63,395 bases of DNA, filler included, from Octopus bimaculoides (GCF_001194135.2; 6 parts of 5 records of this genome joined end to end with filler, not necessarily neighbours in it); one strand, 5' to 3'. Shown: positions 38,501 through 51,140, counted from the whole stretch's first letter. Notes: generated from the letters alone by a model not told the origin. Program-made: numbers and translations.

Positions 38501-38730
38501 GATTATTTTACTCCAATCACGACAGCCCCATCTTATTTTCATAGCAGTGTACTTACAATCAATAACGTGTCTCTCCTTTTTCTTCGACGACAGGATCTGG
38601 TTTGAAAGAGATTTGACTGTTATTTCAAGCAAGTAAAGAAACCGTGATGATTTCCCGCGTTGCCTTGTATTTGTAATGGTTGTTTAGTTTAGCCTCAGCT
38701 CAACCTTGAAAAAGCATCTTTTCTTTCTTT

Positions 38731-39034
38731 CGCCATTTCAAAGCCTAGCCAGGCTCATGGGCCCGGTTTCCCGGTTTCTATTGCGTATGTGTCCCCTTCC
38801 CCCAGCTAGACGGGACGCTAGTCCATCGCAGCGTTACTCAAGAAACAGGAAGTAAGAGTGAGAGTAAGTTGGGGCGAAAGAGTGCAACAAGGGTCGCCAC
38901 CACCCCATCCCGGAGCCTCGTGGAGCTTAGGTGTTTTCGCTCAATAAAGACTCACATCGCCCGGTCTGGGAATCGAAACCGCGATCCTCCGACCGCGAGT
39001 CCACTGCCCTAACCACTGGGCCATTGCACCTCTA
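38731..39034 (-). mobile_element. SINE-E (tRNA-derived head; CTGCGATGGACTAGCGTCCCGTC domain)
   Basis: Minus-strand head GGTGCAATGGCCCAGTGGTTAGGGCAGTGGACTCGCGG..GGTTTCGATTCCC with clear A and B boxes. Single copy in the window. Confidence 0.75.
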
Positions 39035-39297
39035 CTTGAAAAAGCATGCTACATATAATTGAAAATACTTTAGCTATGGTTACCGCGTCTTACTCTCGAG
39101 CACTGAGTACTCAGTACTTCATGTTCCTCATTTTCTAAGACGGTAGTGTATAATTTGAGGGATAATTGATAGCTTATTCTAGCTGGTCTAGCCGTTCCAG
39201 CAAAGGTCGTCTCGTAAAAATGCCGCATGGTAGTCGTACAGTCGATTAAATCCGTCACAGCGCTTGTTTAGTAATTTTATTTATGGAAACGTGTAAT

Positions 39298-39722
39298 CAT
39301 GGCTTTACAGATAAGAATCTCGCTTTGCAACCATGTGGTTTCGGGTTCAGTCCCACTATGTGGTTCCTTCGGAGATGTCTTCTAGTATAGCATCGGATCG
39401 ATCGATGCCTTGGGAATGAATTCTGTTGAGGGAAACTGTGTGGAAGCCCATTGCATATATATGTGTATTCTTGTGTGTGCATGCGTGTGTGTATGTCTCT
39501 GTGATTGTGTCTGTCACCCTCCTCCCACCACCACTGCCTGACAACCAATAATTGTTTGTTTACATCCCGGTATCTCGGTAAACTAGCAGTACGGCAAAAA
39601 AAAACCCATTGAATAACTACCAGATTTTAAAAAATAAATATAAGTACCGTGGTTGATTTGTTCGGCTAAACTTTTCGCGGCGGTGCCCTAGCATGGGCGC
39701 AATTGAACGAATGAAACAAGTC
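39298..39722 (+). mobile_element. Degenerate SINE-A copy
   Basis: GGTTTCGGGTTCAGTCCCACT head and GCGGTGCCCTAGCATGGGCGCA tail. Confidence 0.7.
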
Positions 39723-40051
39723 ACGGAAAAATGATAAACTGAGAAGGACAAAATGTGAAGCAAACACCCAGGTGGGGTTTGAACCATGTTCTGATTATTC
39801 TATAATGATTTGTTATTGAAACTATGGTGTTTTCTCACCAGTTGAATCAGATATTTCGTTTTAATCCCTCGTAATTTGCTGTTTTTGGTTTTCTGTCAGA
39901 TCAAGTTAATTGAAATGACTGTGGATCAAAATATTAATTAGCATAAAAGGAAGGGGAACAGATATAAGAAGTGATGATGACGACGACGTTGATGATGATG
40001 ATGATGACGACGACGGGGGTGATGTTGGTGGTAGTGTCATTGTGGTGGTTG

Positions 40052-40082
<31 letters not shown>

Positions 40083-40276
40083 AATGATGATGGTAGTGGT
40101 GGTGCTGGCGGCAATGGTAGTTTAAATGCTGGATGACGACGACGACGATGATGATGATGACGGCAATAGCGAGTAGTATGAAGGAATTGGAGTGGGAAGG
40201 AAAGAAAAGAAGGGGTGGAGAGAAATAAAGAAGAAAGGAAAGAAAGTAGGAAAGGTGTAGAGTTGTGTTGTGTTAT

Positions 40277-40307
<31 letters not shown>

Positions 40308-40844
40308 TGGAAGTTATGGAGAAGATCGATAGAATTATAGTGAGAAATAGAGCGAGATCAGGAAGTTAACGAAATGAAAGAAAGAAAGAAAGAAAGAAAG
40401 AAAGAAGGAAAGAAAGAAAAAGCGAGAGAAAGAAAGGGTGTAAGGAAACAGAAGAAAAATCAAATACATTATTATTAGAATACTGTCAGTAATAGAACTA
40501 CAATACACTCCTACGCAAAATGCACTACCCATCAATGCTCCTTATAACGTTCTGCGCATGTCCAACTAAAATATTTCACGCAAGATAGAATTGCACTGCT
40601 TCCAATAAACGGAGACCTTGAAACAATCTCCCAATGCGAAACACGTTAACCTTGATACTTTCAGCTACACCAAGACCGAATTACTACACGGAAACAGTCT
40701 TGCACTGCTATCTCACTCCATTTGAATTTGCTAAAATCCTCTGAAAGCCGATACAAGTGCTAAGCCACTCAGTATCTATTGTTGTTGTTGTTGCTTCCTC
40801 CGACACGCCGCTCTGAATGACACATTTCAAGGAACTACCCCGAC

Positions 40845-41430
40845 ACTGGTTTCTCGCTGCAACTGGCGCCAGAAAGTCTTGATCATGGGGATGGCAAACG
40901 CCCCGACGGATTAACCCTCTTTTCATACGTGGGAAGCAAATCCCTAATCTGGGACATGATGTGCTGCAACACGTTCTTCGTCTCCAACCATGCTGCATCG
41001 GCCACAAACCCGGGGTTATCGACGCCCATAACACAGAAGAGAGGAAGATAAATAAATACAGGATCCTGACCAGTCGGTTGCTGTCGAGTCCTCAGGTGTT
41101 TTCTAAACCCGCACTACTGATTTCCTCTACAAAATCGGGATAACTGCGGATCGTCTGAGAAATGAGCCCCATGAGATAGGGTGGCTGTTGCAGCGAGTGC
41201 CGCTGGCCATTTTCCGCGGCAAAGCCTTTGCAATTATGTCCGAGAGGCCTGGCTATACAGGCCATTTGTTTTAGAATGTTTAACCCGTTATCCCACCAAC
41301 CCACATTCTGCTGCTTAAGCCTCTTCTTTTTCTTTTTCTTTGTTTTCTTGGTGATATACTTACGGGTTTTTACTCGATAATCTGATCTTTTATACTTTTA
41401 ATGCATTTTTCCTTTCTGTAAAAATATCTC
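40845..41430 (+). mobile_element. CRE-clade non-LTR retrotransposon 3' fragment (restriction-like endonuclease)
   Basis: QLAPESLDHGDGKRPDGLTLFSYVGSKSLIWDMMC.NT (GAT at 40890) and ESSGVF..DFLYKIG..EP.EIGWLLQRVPLAIFRGKAFAI match the CRE PD-(D/E)xK domain pattern. Frameshifts and stops are present. Confidence 0.75.
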
Positions 41431-41759
41431 AATAAAAATACAGTCTAATACCATTAAAAAATAGGCAAAAATATTTTAGCCTCACTCTGTCTTTTAAGAA
41501 GTGCGTAGGCTTACATTTATTGATGTGATCTTTTCTTATTTTCAATTTTTAGACGTTAGGCTGTGATTTGAATGAAATCTAGCTGTTATTTCTAGCAGGT
41601 CAAGCCAGCGACTATGTAGATTTTTTTGTTTTGTTTTCTTATGTTTGTCTCAATTATCTGTTGATCTCCCTTGGTGACCTTACATGCATATAACATTGTC
41701 GCAACTCTTTTCCTTTCCCTCCTAGCCGAGCAGCTCTTGTCGGAACAAGAAACGATTGC

Positions 41760-42180
41760 AGTTCTGATTTATTGCTGAGCCGCTACAAAGCATAAGGGAT
41801 CCTTCCACTAATTCTCTATCCAAATTACAAGTTCAGGTTTATACCTGTAATTGTTGGGATACTGGGATATGTAACACACTGGCTAAATACCAATCTTGAG
41901 AAATTAGGCTTCTCAAAACCAGAAAGGAGAAAGCTGATTCGGAGACTACAGATCCAAGCCATCAATGGAACTGTAGAGATCTGTAAAACTTTGCAGAAGT
42001 TTATAATTTAAGTATATATGAGCATGTCTGAATATGCAACTATATGCATGAGAATACATACATAAAACAAAAACATGCAAATCTACTCATATACATACAC
42101 ACATAGCCTTGGATCTAGGTTAGAAACCGGCTCTTTCTCTATTGACAAACATTTTGTAATAAACTGAATAATGACATATA
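41760..42180 (+). mobile_element. R4/Dong-like (RLE) LINE 3' fragment with 3' UTR
   Basis: 41814-42011 reads LYPNYKFRFIPVIVGILGYVTHWLNTNLEKLGFSKPERRKLIRRLQIQAINGTVEICKTLQKFII*. The UTR ends AATAATGA followed by CATA repeats. Confidence 0.7.
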
Positions 42181-42199
42181 TACATACGTACATACATAC

Positions 42200-42310
42200 A
42201 AAAATACCCTGTTGATGTTGAAATTCCAATGAAGGAGCCTTGGATCTAGGTTAGAAACCGGCTTTTCCTCTAATTAGCAAGAGAGCTTGAAATGAAGCAG
42301 AATAATGACA
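42200..42310 (+). mobile_element. Second short 3'-end copy of the same LINE, followed by (CATA)n
   Basis: Repeats GCCTTGGATCTAGGTTAGAAACCGGCT..AATAATGA. Confidence 0.75.
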
Positions 42311-42700
42311 CACGTACATACATACATACATGCATACATACATACATACATACATACATACATACATACATACATGCATACATACATACATGCATACATA
42401 CATACATGCATACATACATATGAAACCATATACATGTTTACAAGAGCAGTAAACACGTCATCAGCTAACTTCCTCTTAGCGAATTGCCGTCGATTTAATT
42501 CTTTAATTAATCATTACCGATAATTAAAGATATTGGAATAATTTGTCAGACTTTAAGGAAAATGTGTTCCAAATCTTAATCACTTAATGTTTCATCTGTT
42601 AATTTACAGATAAATTTTATATCGATTTTTTATTTTTCATATGGTAGAGATTTGATTAATATGTTTCAAGAATGAAAGCGAGGGAGGAAAGAAGAAAAAG

Positions 42701-42770
<70 letters not shown>

Positions 42771-43287
42771 ACACAGCCGGAGAGATAGATAGACATATAG
42801 ATAGATCAATGGAAAATACATAGCAAAGGTGAGACAAAAATGCAAGTGAAAAAGAGGGGGAGAGAAAGAGATAACATGAAAAAGGGAGGAAAGCGAATGA
42901 AACAGAAAGATGTGAAATAGGAGAGATAGATAGATATAGGGGTCGGTCGGTAGGCTGATAGGTCGATAGACATGATGATCGGTAGGTAGTTCGATAGGCT
43001 AGTCGGTGGGGATGTAGGAAGATAGATGTGTAGATAGATCGATTGTCAATCAAATAAGGAAAATGTTTGAAATAAATAAGCAAATGAGAAAAAAAGTGAG
43101 AACGATCTTTCTCCGCTGGTTATCTCACTGGGTCATTGTACAATAATTGAAAACAACTTCGCGCTGTAACCTCTATTTCAAGTATTTTTGACTCTAATAC
43201 AAACTCACCGACTACCAAGCTATGTGTGTGAGTGTGTGTGCTATTTAAGTGTAATAGTATGCATGTACGTGTGTGTGTGTGCATGTG

Positions 43288-43500
43288 TGCCTGGAGGAAG
43301 TAGTGCTGCCCTAGGTCAAAAGGGTGGCTGCTGGAAGAACCTATGTCTGGCAACAGGACTCTACACCATGCCACAATAGCAGGAGAACGTAGTCATGGCT
43401 GTCAATAAATTTCTGCGACCACACCACCCCTAACATCTGGCCACCTAACTCCCCAGACTGCAACCCCCTTGATTATTGTGTGGGGTGCGGTTGACAGAGA
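43288..43500 (+). pseudogene. maT-type (DD37D) transposase fragment
   Basis: YVWQQDSTPCH..WPPNSPDCNPLDY, with 37 residues between the second and third Asp. Contains stops. Confidence 0.8.
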
Positions 43501-43529
43501 GATATATATACTTACATTACGTAGTAGGC

Positions 43530-44566
43530 ATTGATATGAACTCACTTTGTTGCACAGCAAACATCTAATTGATAATCGACCTTCCTCCAGGTGCGCTGAA
43601 TCATATTAGGATTCACATTCGCAATCGCTGCGCGAATTCTCTCTTAAATGTTGCAGATCTCGGATTTTTTCTGCGTTGACAATGTTCTTAAGATAACTCC
43701 AAAAGAGAAAGTCCATAGGAGTTAGATCAGGGCTTCTAGGTGGCCACAAAACAGGACCACTCCTTCCAATCCAACGGACAGGGAATCTGTTGTTGAGAAC
43801 TTGTCGCACAATATGACTGTAGTGAGCCGGCGCTCCGTCCTGCTGGAAAATTACACTTATTCCTCTTTCTATTCCAATGTCTGCAATTTGAGGGAACTCA
43901 TAAATTGTCCAAGTATATCCAAGTAACTAGCGCCCGCAATCATGCTTTCTGCAAACATGGAAAAGCCGACAACATGATCATGCAGGGGTCCACACGACAT
44001 ATTAACCTTGGGCGAATCACGGACGTACTGAAAAACTTCATTGGGTTGCTGAGGACCTCATATCCGACTGTTATGTCGGTTAACACAACCATTTATGTGG
44101 AATGTTGCTTCAATACTAAATAAAATTCTGTTAAGATAACTATCATCATCATCAATTTCTCTCAGCATCGTTAAAGCAAATTCAATGTGTTTAGGCCTAT
44201 CTGTCTCCTTAATTTTTTTGTCTCATTTGAATTCTGTAAGCATGCGGTCTTAGGCGTTTATGTAGCACATTTCGAATTGTTGTTTTAGGCATACGAAGTT
44301 CCAAACTGCGTCGAGCGATGAACTTCTCAGGACTACGCAAACATGACAGTCTCAAACGTTCTACATTCTCTTCTGACGCGCGTGGCCGGCCTGGAGATTT
44401 CTTAATGTTTACATTTCCAGTTTCCTTAAACTGTTTAAACCAACGAACAATGGTTCTGTCTGAAGGTGAATCTTGTCCATAAGTACGCCGAAAATGACGT
44501 TGTACTAAAACAACTGACTTAAACTCAACGTACCACAGCACACTGCGTTTTCTGCCGTACAGTCGT
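43530..44566 (-). pseudogene. rosa/Visitor-type (DD41D) Tc1/mariner transposase pseudogene
   Basis: N-terminal HTH (ORF 44209-44541), ILFS[I]EATFH with the first Asp mutated, and FQQDGAPAH..WPPRSPDLTPMD with 41 residues between Asp 2 and Asp 3. Frameshifts are present; TIRs were not identified. Confidence 0.88.
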
Positions 44567-45525
44567 TATGATTGCCGTGGAGTGATTGGCCAGAGGCTTG
44601 CTAGTGAAATAGTGATTTCAAGGACAACACAGTGACAAATATCATAACTCCTACAGTTGTTAAATAGTCCCACGTTGATTTCATACAGACCGCTTGCTTA
44701 TAGCTAGTGCAATTGAAATATACGCAATTAAGTAGATACAGGCATATGCATATATAGTCGGTGTGCTTTGACACCAAATTACACGCACGAGTCACTGGTA
44801 GAAGTCCCTTGGTGGTGGTGGTCGTGATTACTCTATAATATACTCACGAGATTTAATCTGACCGAAGGATATAGCAGAAGACATGTATCCGAGATGCAGC
44901 GCAGTGTGATCGAATAAAGGTCTTCATAATTGTGAAAAATTTCTACAATCATAAAATGAAGGAAGTGAATATCCCGACAGATCTTAGCCTCGATCTCAAA
45001 CCAAACAAATCTAAACAAATGACTTGCACGGAACAAGAAACTGAATATTTCAGTAAAGTTAAAACAGTAACAAACGGGGAAGGCTACTGCGAAAGACGTT
45101 TAATATACTAATTTACTAATTATACGCTTTTATTCATATATTTCCACACTCTCTTAAGAATACACACACATTCTGCACAGAGAATACGTAGTAATGAATA
45201 CAAAGCAATGACAGTAATATGAACACCGTAAAATTAGCAAAAGTGTCACAATGACCATCATGTGTCGGTAAATACAATACTAAGGTAAATTGAAAGGTAA
45301 TTCAAGTGAGGGCTTTTGGATTGAAATAATCTCAACGGAGTAATAATCAAATTGATGGTGTAGAGAATACAAAGGATGAGGCAGAAGAAGGAATTAGTTT
45401 TATTTAATGAATGTCGTTAATGGAAACCTCTTGTTGATTTTCATTAGATGTGATGTTTATCACGCTTGTTTGTCAAGACGACAATAAACCAAAACGACTG
45501 ATTAAATAATACAAGCTAGTATCGA

Positions 45526-45566
<41 letters not shown>

Positions 45567-46332
45567 CACAAACACACACGTGCATACTTACAAAGATACA
45601 TACGCGCTCTCTCTCTCTCTCACACACACACACACGAACGAATAAACAAACAAACATGCACATATCGTTTTACAGCTTTGTTGTACGCTTTTCTCTGACA
45701 GCAGACGACAATAGTCTTATCTTCCTTAATTCTCTATGCTTGCCAGTTTCTCTCTCTTTGTCTTTCACTCTTTCTTTCTCTCTATAACACACACACACAT
45801 AACATATATGTATATATATATATATATATATATACGCACACACATGTTTATATTCATGTGTGTGTGTGTGTGTGTGTTTGTGTGTGCGTGCGTGAACATT
45901 TGCAAAAATCAATGCGAATGCATGAGTAATTATACCTGCGTTGTGTAGTTTAATTACTATCCTAATGAATCTGGTCTTCATTGCTATATTACCTGCAATA
46001 TAAGTTGTTTCAATTTGGCTTAATAATTATTTTCCTTTAATCCTTGGCTCCACAATTTCTTATTTTTGTTTGTGTGTCTGTGTGTGTATGTGTGATGGTG
46101 CTGGTTTGGTTTTTAGATCCATCTACCCATACCTCATATCTTAATCCTCGTTCTTTTAATTCACATTCAGTTCTTCTCTGTCTCAATCTCAAATAAGCTA
46201 GATAAACGTAATTACTTAAAAGATAAAGATCAGATCTTATTTCGAGATTGTGTGCCTTTCTTTTAATGACGCGTAGGTTTACAGTTTCAGCTGTTATAAC
46301 TGTTGTTTCGTTGTTGCTGTGTGTAAATTTAA

Positions 46333-46347
46333 GCACCAGGTGGCGCT
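46333..46347 (+). promoter_or_regulatory. CTCF-like motif GCACCAGGTGGCGCT
   Basis: One mismatch to the CCASYAGRKGGCRS consensus, in non-repeat sequence. Confidence 0.3.
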
Positions 46348-47734
46348 AGATTTAGATTATCACCCTAAATGCAAGTGTCCAGCTGAATGACACAAGATAG
46401 ATTCCATCATTCTCTCAAAGAACATTTAAGACTTCTTGAGCTTGGATTCATGCAGTCCACGTGCTTGTGTCGTAATAGCGGCTTCTTTTACTATTTGGAA
46501 GATTTTAAGGATTTGTCTTGTCTTTTGGTGCTGCATGTCTACAAAGCAACCAAGACTTACTGCAGTCTCTCTGCAGCGTAGCCTTTTCTGGCCCATTTCT
46601 GAGTTGGTTGTTACTGTTTTCCTCCAAATATCAATTCCCCTACGACAGTACTTGGAATTAGAATATCTTTACAGTTAAGTAGATCGAGCCATTTAAGAGT
46701 CTTAGCCAATCATCCAATACAGTGCTACGGGCAGGACACGAACTGTTGACCTCCGGACTGTATACTAGGTCCTACAGTCCGACGCACTGCCATGCTGTAG
46801 GATCGAACACGAAGCTACCCCGTGGTATTACATTTTTTGAAAGTCACACAACCACTCATTTACTTACTCATTCTCTATTACTCACACACATGTGTGCATG
46901 TTAGTGTGTGTGTGTGTGTGTTCATAGGTACGTATATGCATATATATATATATATATATATTTGTATTACTATATANNNNNNNNNNNNNNNTATATATAT
47001 ATACATATACGTATACATACACAGTCCTCTTGCGTACATATACACATGTATGCATACACATCAACTCTACAATAATTCTTGAAAAGTTTTTGAATAACCA
47101 AACATCTTAAAGGCGGTCTTTGTTTATGGGTTAGGAGGAGACACCCTCGTATTTATAGTCAGCGTGATTAGTGTACATTAGTATACATTCTTTTATACAA
47201 CAGATGTCTCGTTTGGTCATGGGATACAATGTACTAAATAAATATTCTATAAACGTTGATTATTGATTTATCTCCATTTTCTATAATTAAATATCTTTTC
47301 TAATTTTTTATCTAATTTTTTTTCTAATTTTTTAATTTCCTTTTTGATTTTATATTGTTTTTACGTTTATTTTCTTCCAGTACTTTATTATTGTTTTTAG
47401 AAAAATAACTTTATTGGAATATATAAAACAAACATGTAAAACAAGTATATAAATGTCGACACCACAACCGTCAGTTTGTTTCATTTTAAAGCTGATGGAA
47501 AGCCAGCAATGAATGTGGGAAGGGAAAACGTCGGTCCGGTCGACTCCAGTACGTGACCAATACTTGAATTTTTAGACCATGGAAAGAGGAAAAGCAAAGT
47601 TGACTTCGTCAGGATTTGAACTCAGAACGTAAAAGATCATAAGACTACCATTAGTAAAGCGGCAAGCTGGCAGGACCGTTAGCGCAACAGACAAAATGGT
47701 TAACAGCATTTATTCTATTATTCTTTAACTGGTT

Positions 47735-47871
47735 TCAGTCATCTGACTGCGTAAGCTCAGTCACTTTTGCCGAACTACTAAGTTATGGGGACATAATCAC
47801 ATCAGAATCGGTTGTCAAGAGACGGCTGGGTGACAATCACAGACATACACATAAATATATACATATGTATG

Positions 47872-47910
<39 letters not shown>

Positions 47911-48232
47911 NNNNNNNNNNNNNNNNNNNNNNNNNNNNNNNNNNNNNNNNNNNNTTAATTAATTAANNNNNNNNNNNNNNNNNNNNNNNNNNNNNNNNNN
48001 NNNNNNNNNNGACGTAAACAAACCGACACTGGTTGTCAAGACACACACACGTAGATATATATATATATACAACGGGCTTCTTTCAGTTTCTGTCTACCAA
48101 ATTCACTCACAACGCTTTGGTCGGCCTGAAGCTATAGTAGAAGACACTTGCCCAAGTTGTCACGCAGTGGGACTGAACCCGGAAACCATGTGGTTGGTAA
48201 GCGAGCTACTTACCACACAACCACTCCTGCAC
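47735..48232 (-). mobile_element. SINE-A segments on either side of an assembly gap
   Basis: SINE-A 3' part before the gap and head after it. Confidence 0.75.
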
Positions 48233-48849
48233 TTGGGAAAGTATGATTGGAAGATTTACCAAAACAAAGCACTTCATTCATAAAACAAATTTCTGGTTTA
48301 AGTACACGATGGGTTGAGTAGAGTGAAGGAGACTACTTCAGTAGAAGGAACATATGCTCTCATTTTTACCAGTTGCTTCACTTAACTAACTTGAAATGTC
48401 TGTCTCTTTGTTTGTCTCTCACACACCTTTTTACTGTCAAGCATGTTTATTTCCAGATAAGTTTTAAATTTCTTTTGTACAAATTTCACATTTCCAATTA
48501 TTTGCTTTTATTGATAACCCTTCTCTTTTAGTGTAAATATATATTTGATTTTCACTTTATACATTTTATAGACAGACAGGCAGACACACACACTAACACA
48601 CATACACACACACTAACACACATACACACACACTAACACACATACACACACACTAACACACATACACACACACATGAGGACAGGTACACTTACCAATGCA
48701 CATATTAACATCTGATCCATAGACATACTGTGTCCTCTCTCTCTCTCTCTCTCTCTTTAGTAGATAACTTTCTACTGCTACTATAGTAGCCTCTACTCAT
48801 CAGATTGGCTGGTTTTATGTCAGCTACACTGAGTTTCACCTGAGCTAGT

Positions 48850-49350
48850 CATCTCTTTTCTTTCATTTCTCATATGGGATCCAACCCCACAAACTCCGAT
48901 GCCAAGTTCTTTCTTCCCAGAATATTGTTCCTTCTAGAATTCCTTTCCCACACATATATTTCCTGTAGATGGCAACTTGCAATAATGCAAGCAGAATATT
49001 GATTATACCAGTCTCTCTGGTATTTGTCAGCCTGTGAAGACCTTTGGCATTGTCCCAGCCTCAAGACTGAAACCAGTAAAAATATGAAACAATCATTACT
49101 ACATATCCTCTGTCTGGATCAATTTTCTCATTAAATTCCATGTTTTGTTTCCAAATCTCACTCCAGTTCTTACTCATGTCCTGGGTCTACACGATGTACT
49201 CAGCCATCCTAACAATATGAGACTTGTTAATAATGCTGCATTCTTTCAGCCACAAAAATACATCTCTGCAAGAAGTTTCCAACTCTTTCTTGGCACACAA
49301 ATAAAGACTTGGCCATATTCAAGAAGCTGGCAATCACTGAGTCATTGTGG
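48850..49350 (-). mobile_element. Possible L1/Tx1 ORF2 C-terminal remnant
   Basis: KKELETSCRDVFLWLKEC.. and IINILLALLQVAIYRK resemble the zf-RVT region. Heavily decayed. Confidence 0.35.
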
Positions 49351-49549
49351 TTAACAATCCTTCTGTTAGTTTAATTTACCCCTCAAAATCTGATGTAGGA
49401 AAATAATTAAAACAATAATTGAGAGAATTATGCATGTACTAAAAATGTTTGTTGCATTCTGTTTGGCTAAATTTCAAATAAATTGAGTGCTGGGTGATGT
49501 TCTTGCTTGGGTTTCCTAAATCCCTATCTTCTTACTATATGAATATATA

Positions 49550-49678
49550 CAGTCATGGCTAAAAGTTTGGACCATAGGTTTGAAAATTTAATACTGAAAG
49601 TTACATTCAAATCAAATTGTACTTGGACATAATAGCTTTAATTTTTAAAACTATGTTCCAAACTTTTCGTGACAACTG
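49550..49678. mobile_element. Tc1-like MITE (~129 bp)
   Basis: Imperfect TIRs CAGTCATGGCTAAAAGTTTGGACCATAG / CTATGTTCCAAACTTTTCGTGACAACTG, with TA on the left. Confidence 0.6.
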
Positions 49679-49716
49679 TTTGTATAAGAACATGCTTGTT
49701 AATGTATGTGTGTGTG

Positions 49717-49766
<50 letters not shown>

Positions 49767-49985
49767 GTCTGTAAAAAATATAAATCTGAAAGAAGAAACA
49801 CACTCTAAGATAAAGAGCTGTATATATCAAAAACAGGAAAGCCTGATTTATGGAGTTACCTTCAGTTTCCTGTCTATAAAGAGTTTAGCTTTATGGTGTA
49901 TCGTCAGATCCCAAAACCTGTTGGCACAAGACAGCCATAACATAAACACACACACATATATGTTGTATATATGTGTGTGTGTATG

Positions 49986-50043
<58 letters not shown>

Positions 50044-50130
50044 AAAATTAAGGTACTCAGAAATCTGGATGTTTGTACATTTACAGATTTTTATTAATGT
50101 CACATATTAAATAAAGCGCTTTTCACCTAG

Positions 50131-50165
50131 TCGTGTAGGATTTTCAATTTGAAAATCCTACACGA
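50131..50165. repeat. Perfect 17-bp inverted repeat with a 1-nt centre, ending at a gap
   Basis: TCGTGTAGGATTTTCAA-T-TTGAAAATCCTACACGA. Confidence 0.9.
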
Positions 50166-50184
50166 NNNNNNNNNNTCCAAACCT

Positions 50185-50221
<37 letters not shown>

Positions 50222-50291
50222 GGAGTAAGCACATGAAATGTGCAACAAGGTGGAAAAAAGAGTACTCAAATACCAGAGGTAGAGTAATATG

Positions 50292-50426
50292 CTTTATTTA
50301 AAAGCAGCAAAAATATAACAAAAAAACCATTACTCTGAGTTTCACGTTCCCGTTCATCTGATGAACGGGAACGTGAAACTCAGAGTAACGGTTTTTTTGT
50401 TATATTTCTGCTGCTTTTAAATAAAG
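50292..50426. repeat. Palindrome with 67-bp arms (2 mismatches) and a 1-nt centre at 50359; probable Penelope-type terminus
   Basis: Reverse-complement identity checked by eye. Confidence 0.9.
50358..50391 (+). ncRNA. Hammerhead ribozyme core (minimal type I, stem I disrupted)
   Basis: CUGAUGA-ACG ggaa CGU-GAA-ACUC a GAGU-A|ACGG. Canonical core with stems II and III; the 5' strand of stem I is replaced by the inverted arm. Confidence 0.6.
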
Positions 50427-50499
50427 TATATATATATATATATATACAGAGTGGCCTTCTTGTTCTGACTAAAACATAAAATGAAATTTAAAAATGTAG

Positions 50500-51140
50500 T
50501 TAAAAATATATATATTAGAGAGCGAAGCAGTATTAATACCAAGTGGTAATATCTATCCCCACTTAAACGTAAATGTTCTGTTAGAACAAACTACGTACCT
50601 TGAGAGAAACTCTCATATTGGCTTTTTGGTGCACAATGCACCCTTTTTTTATATCACAAGCAGGAAGATAAATCTCTGCTACCTCCAGCGCTGAGACCAA
50701 CAGATCATGTGATTTCAACCTCCCTTGGTCTTGTCAATGATGGAAAGTCAATCACTAGAGACAGCAGGGAGTCATCTCCCCATCAGTGATATATAGGAAA
50801 ACAGTGCCAGAACAGACACTGGAATCATGATTAGCTGATGAGCTTGTTAAAAAAAATATATATTAGTGACAGAGGCAGTATCGATACCAAGAGGTAATAT
50901 TCATCCCCAATTAAACATGAATGTTCTGTTAGAACATGCTATACTCTGGTAGATACCAAGAGAGAAACTCTCATATTGGCTTTTAGTGGTCTTGGGACTA
51001 GAGATAGGAGGGATTTATCTCCTCACTAGTGATACAAAAAGAGTGCATTTTGCACCGAAAGCCAATATGAGAGTTTCTCTCATGGTATCTTCCACAGTAT
51101 AGTTTGTTCTGCTAGAACTTCCATGTCTAAGTCATCATCA
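50500..51140. repeat. Composite of direct and inverted ~110-130-bp modules (foldback/MITE-like)
   Basis: The GAGAGAAACTCTCATATTGGCTTT module occurs at ~50602 (+), ~50960 (+) and ~51060 (-). Confidence 0.6.

Noticed and set aside
42215-42270. CCAAUGA..GAAACCGG as a hammerhead
   Set aside because: Two core mismatches; the sequence is better explained as the 3' UTR of the R4-like LINE.
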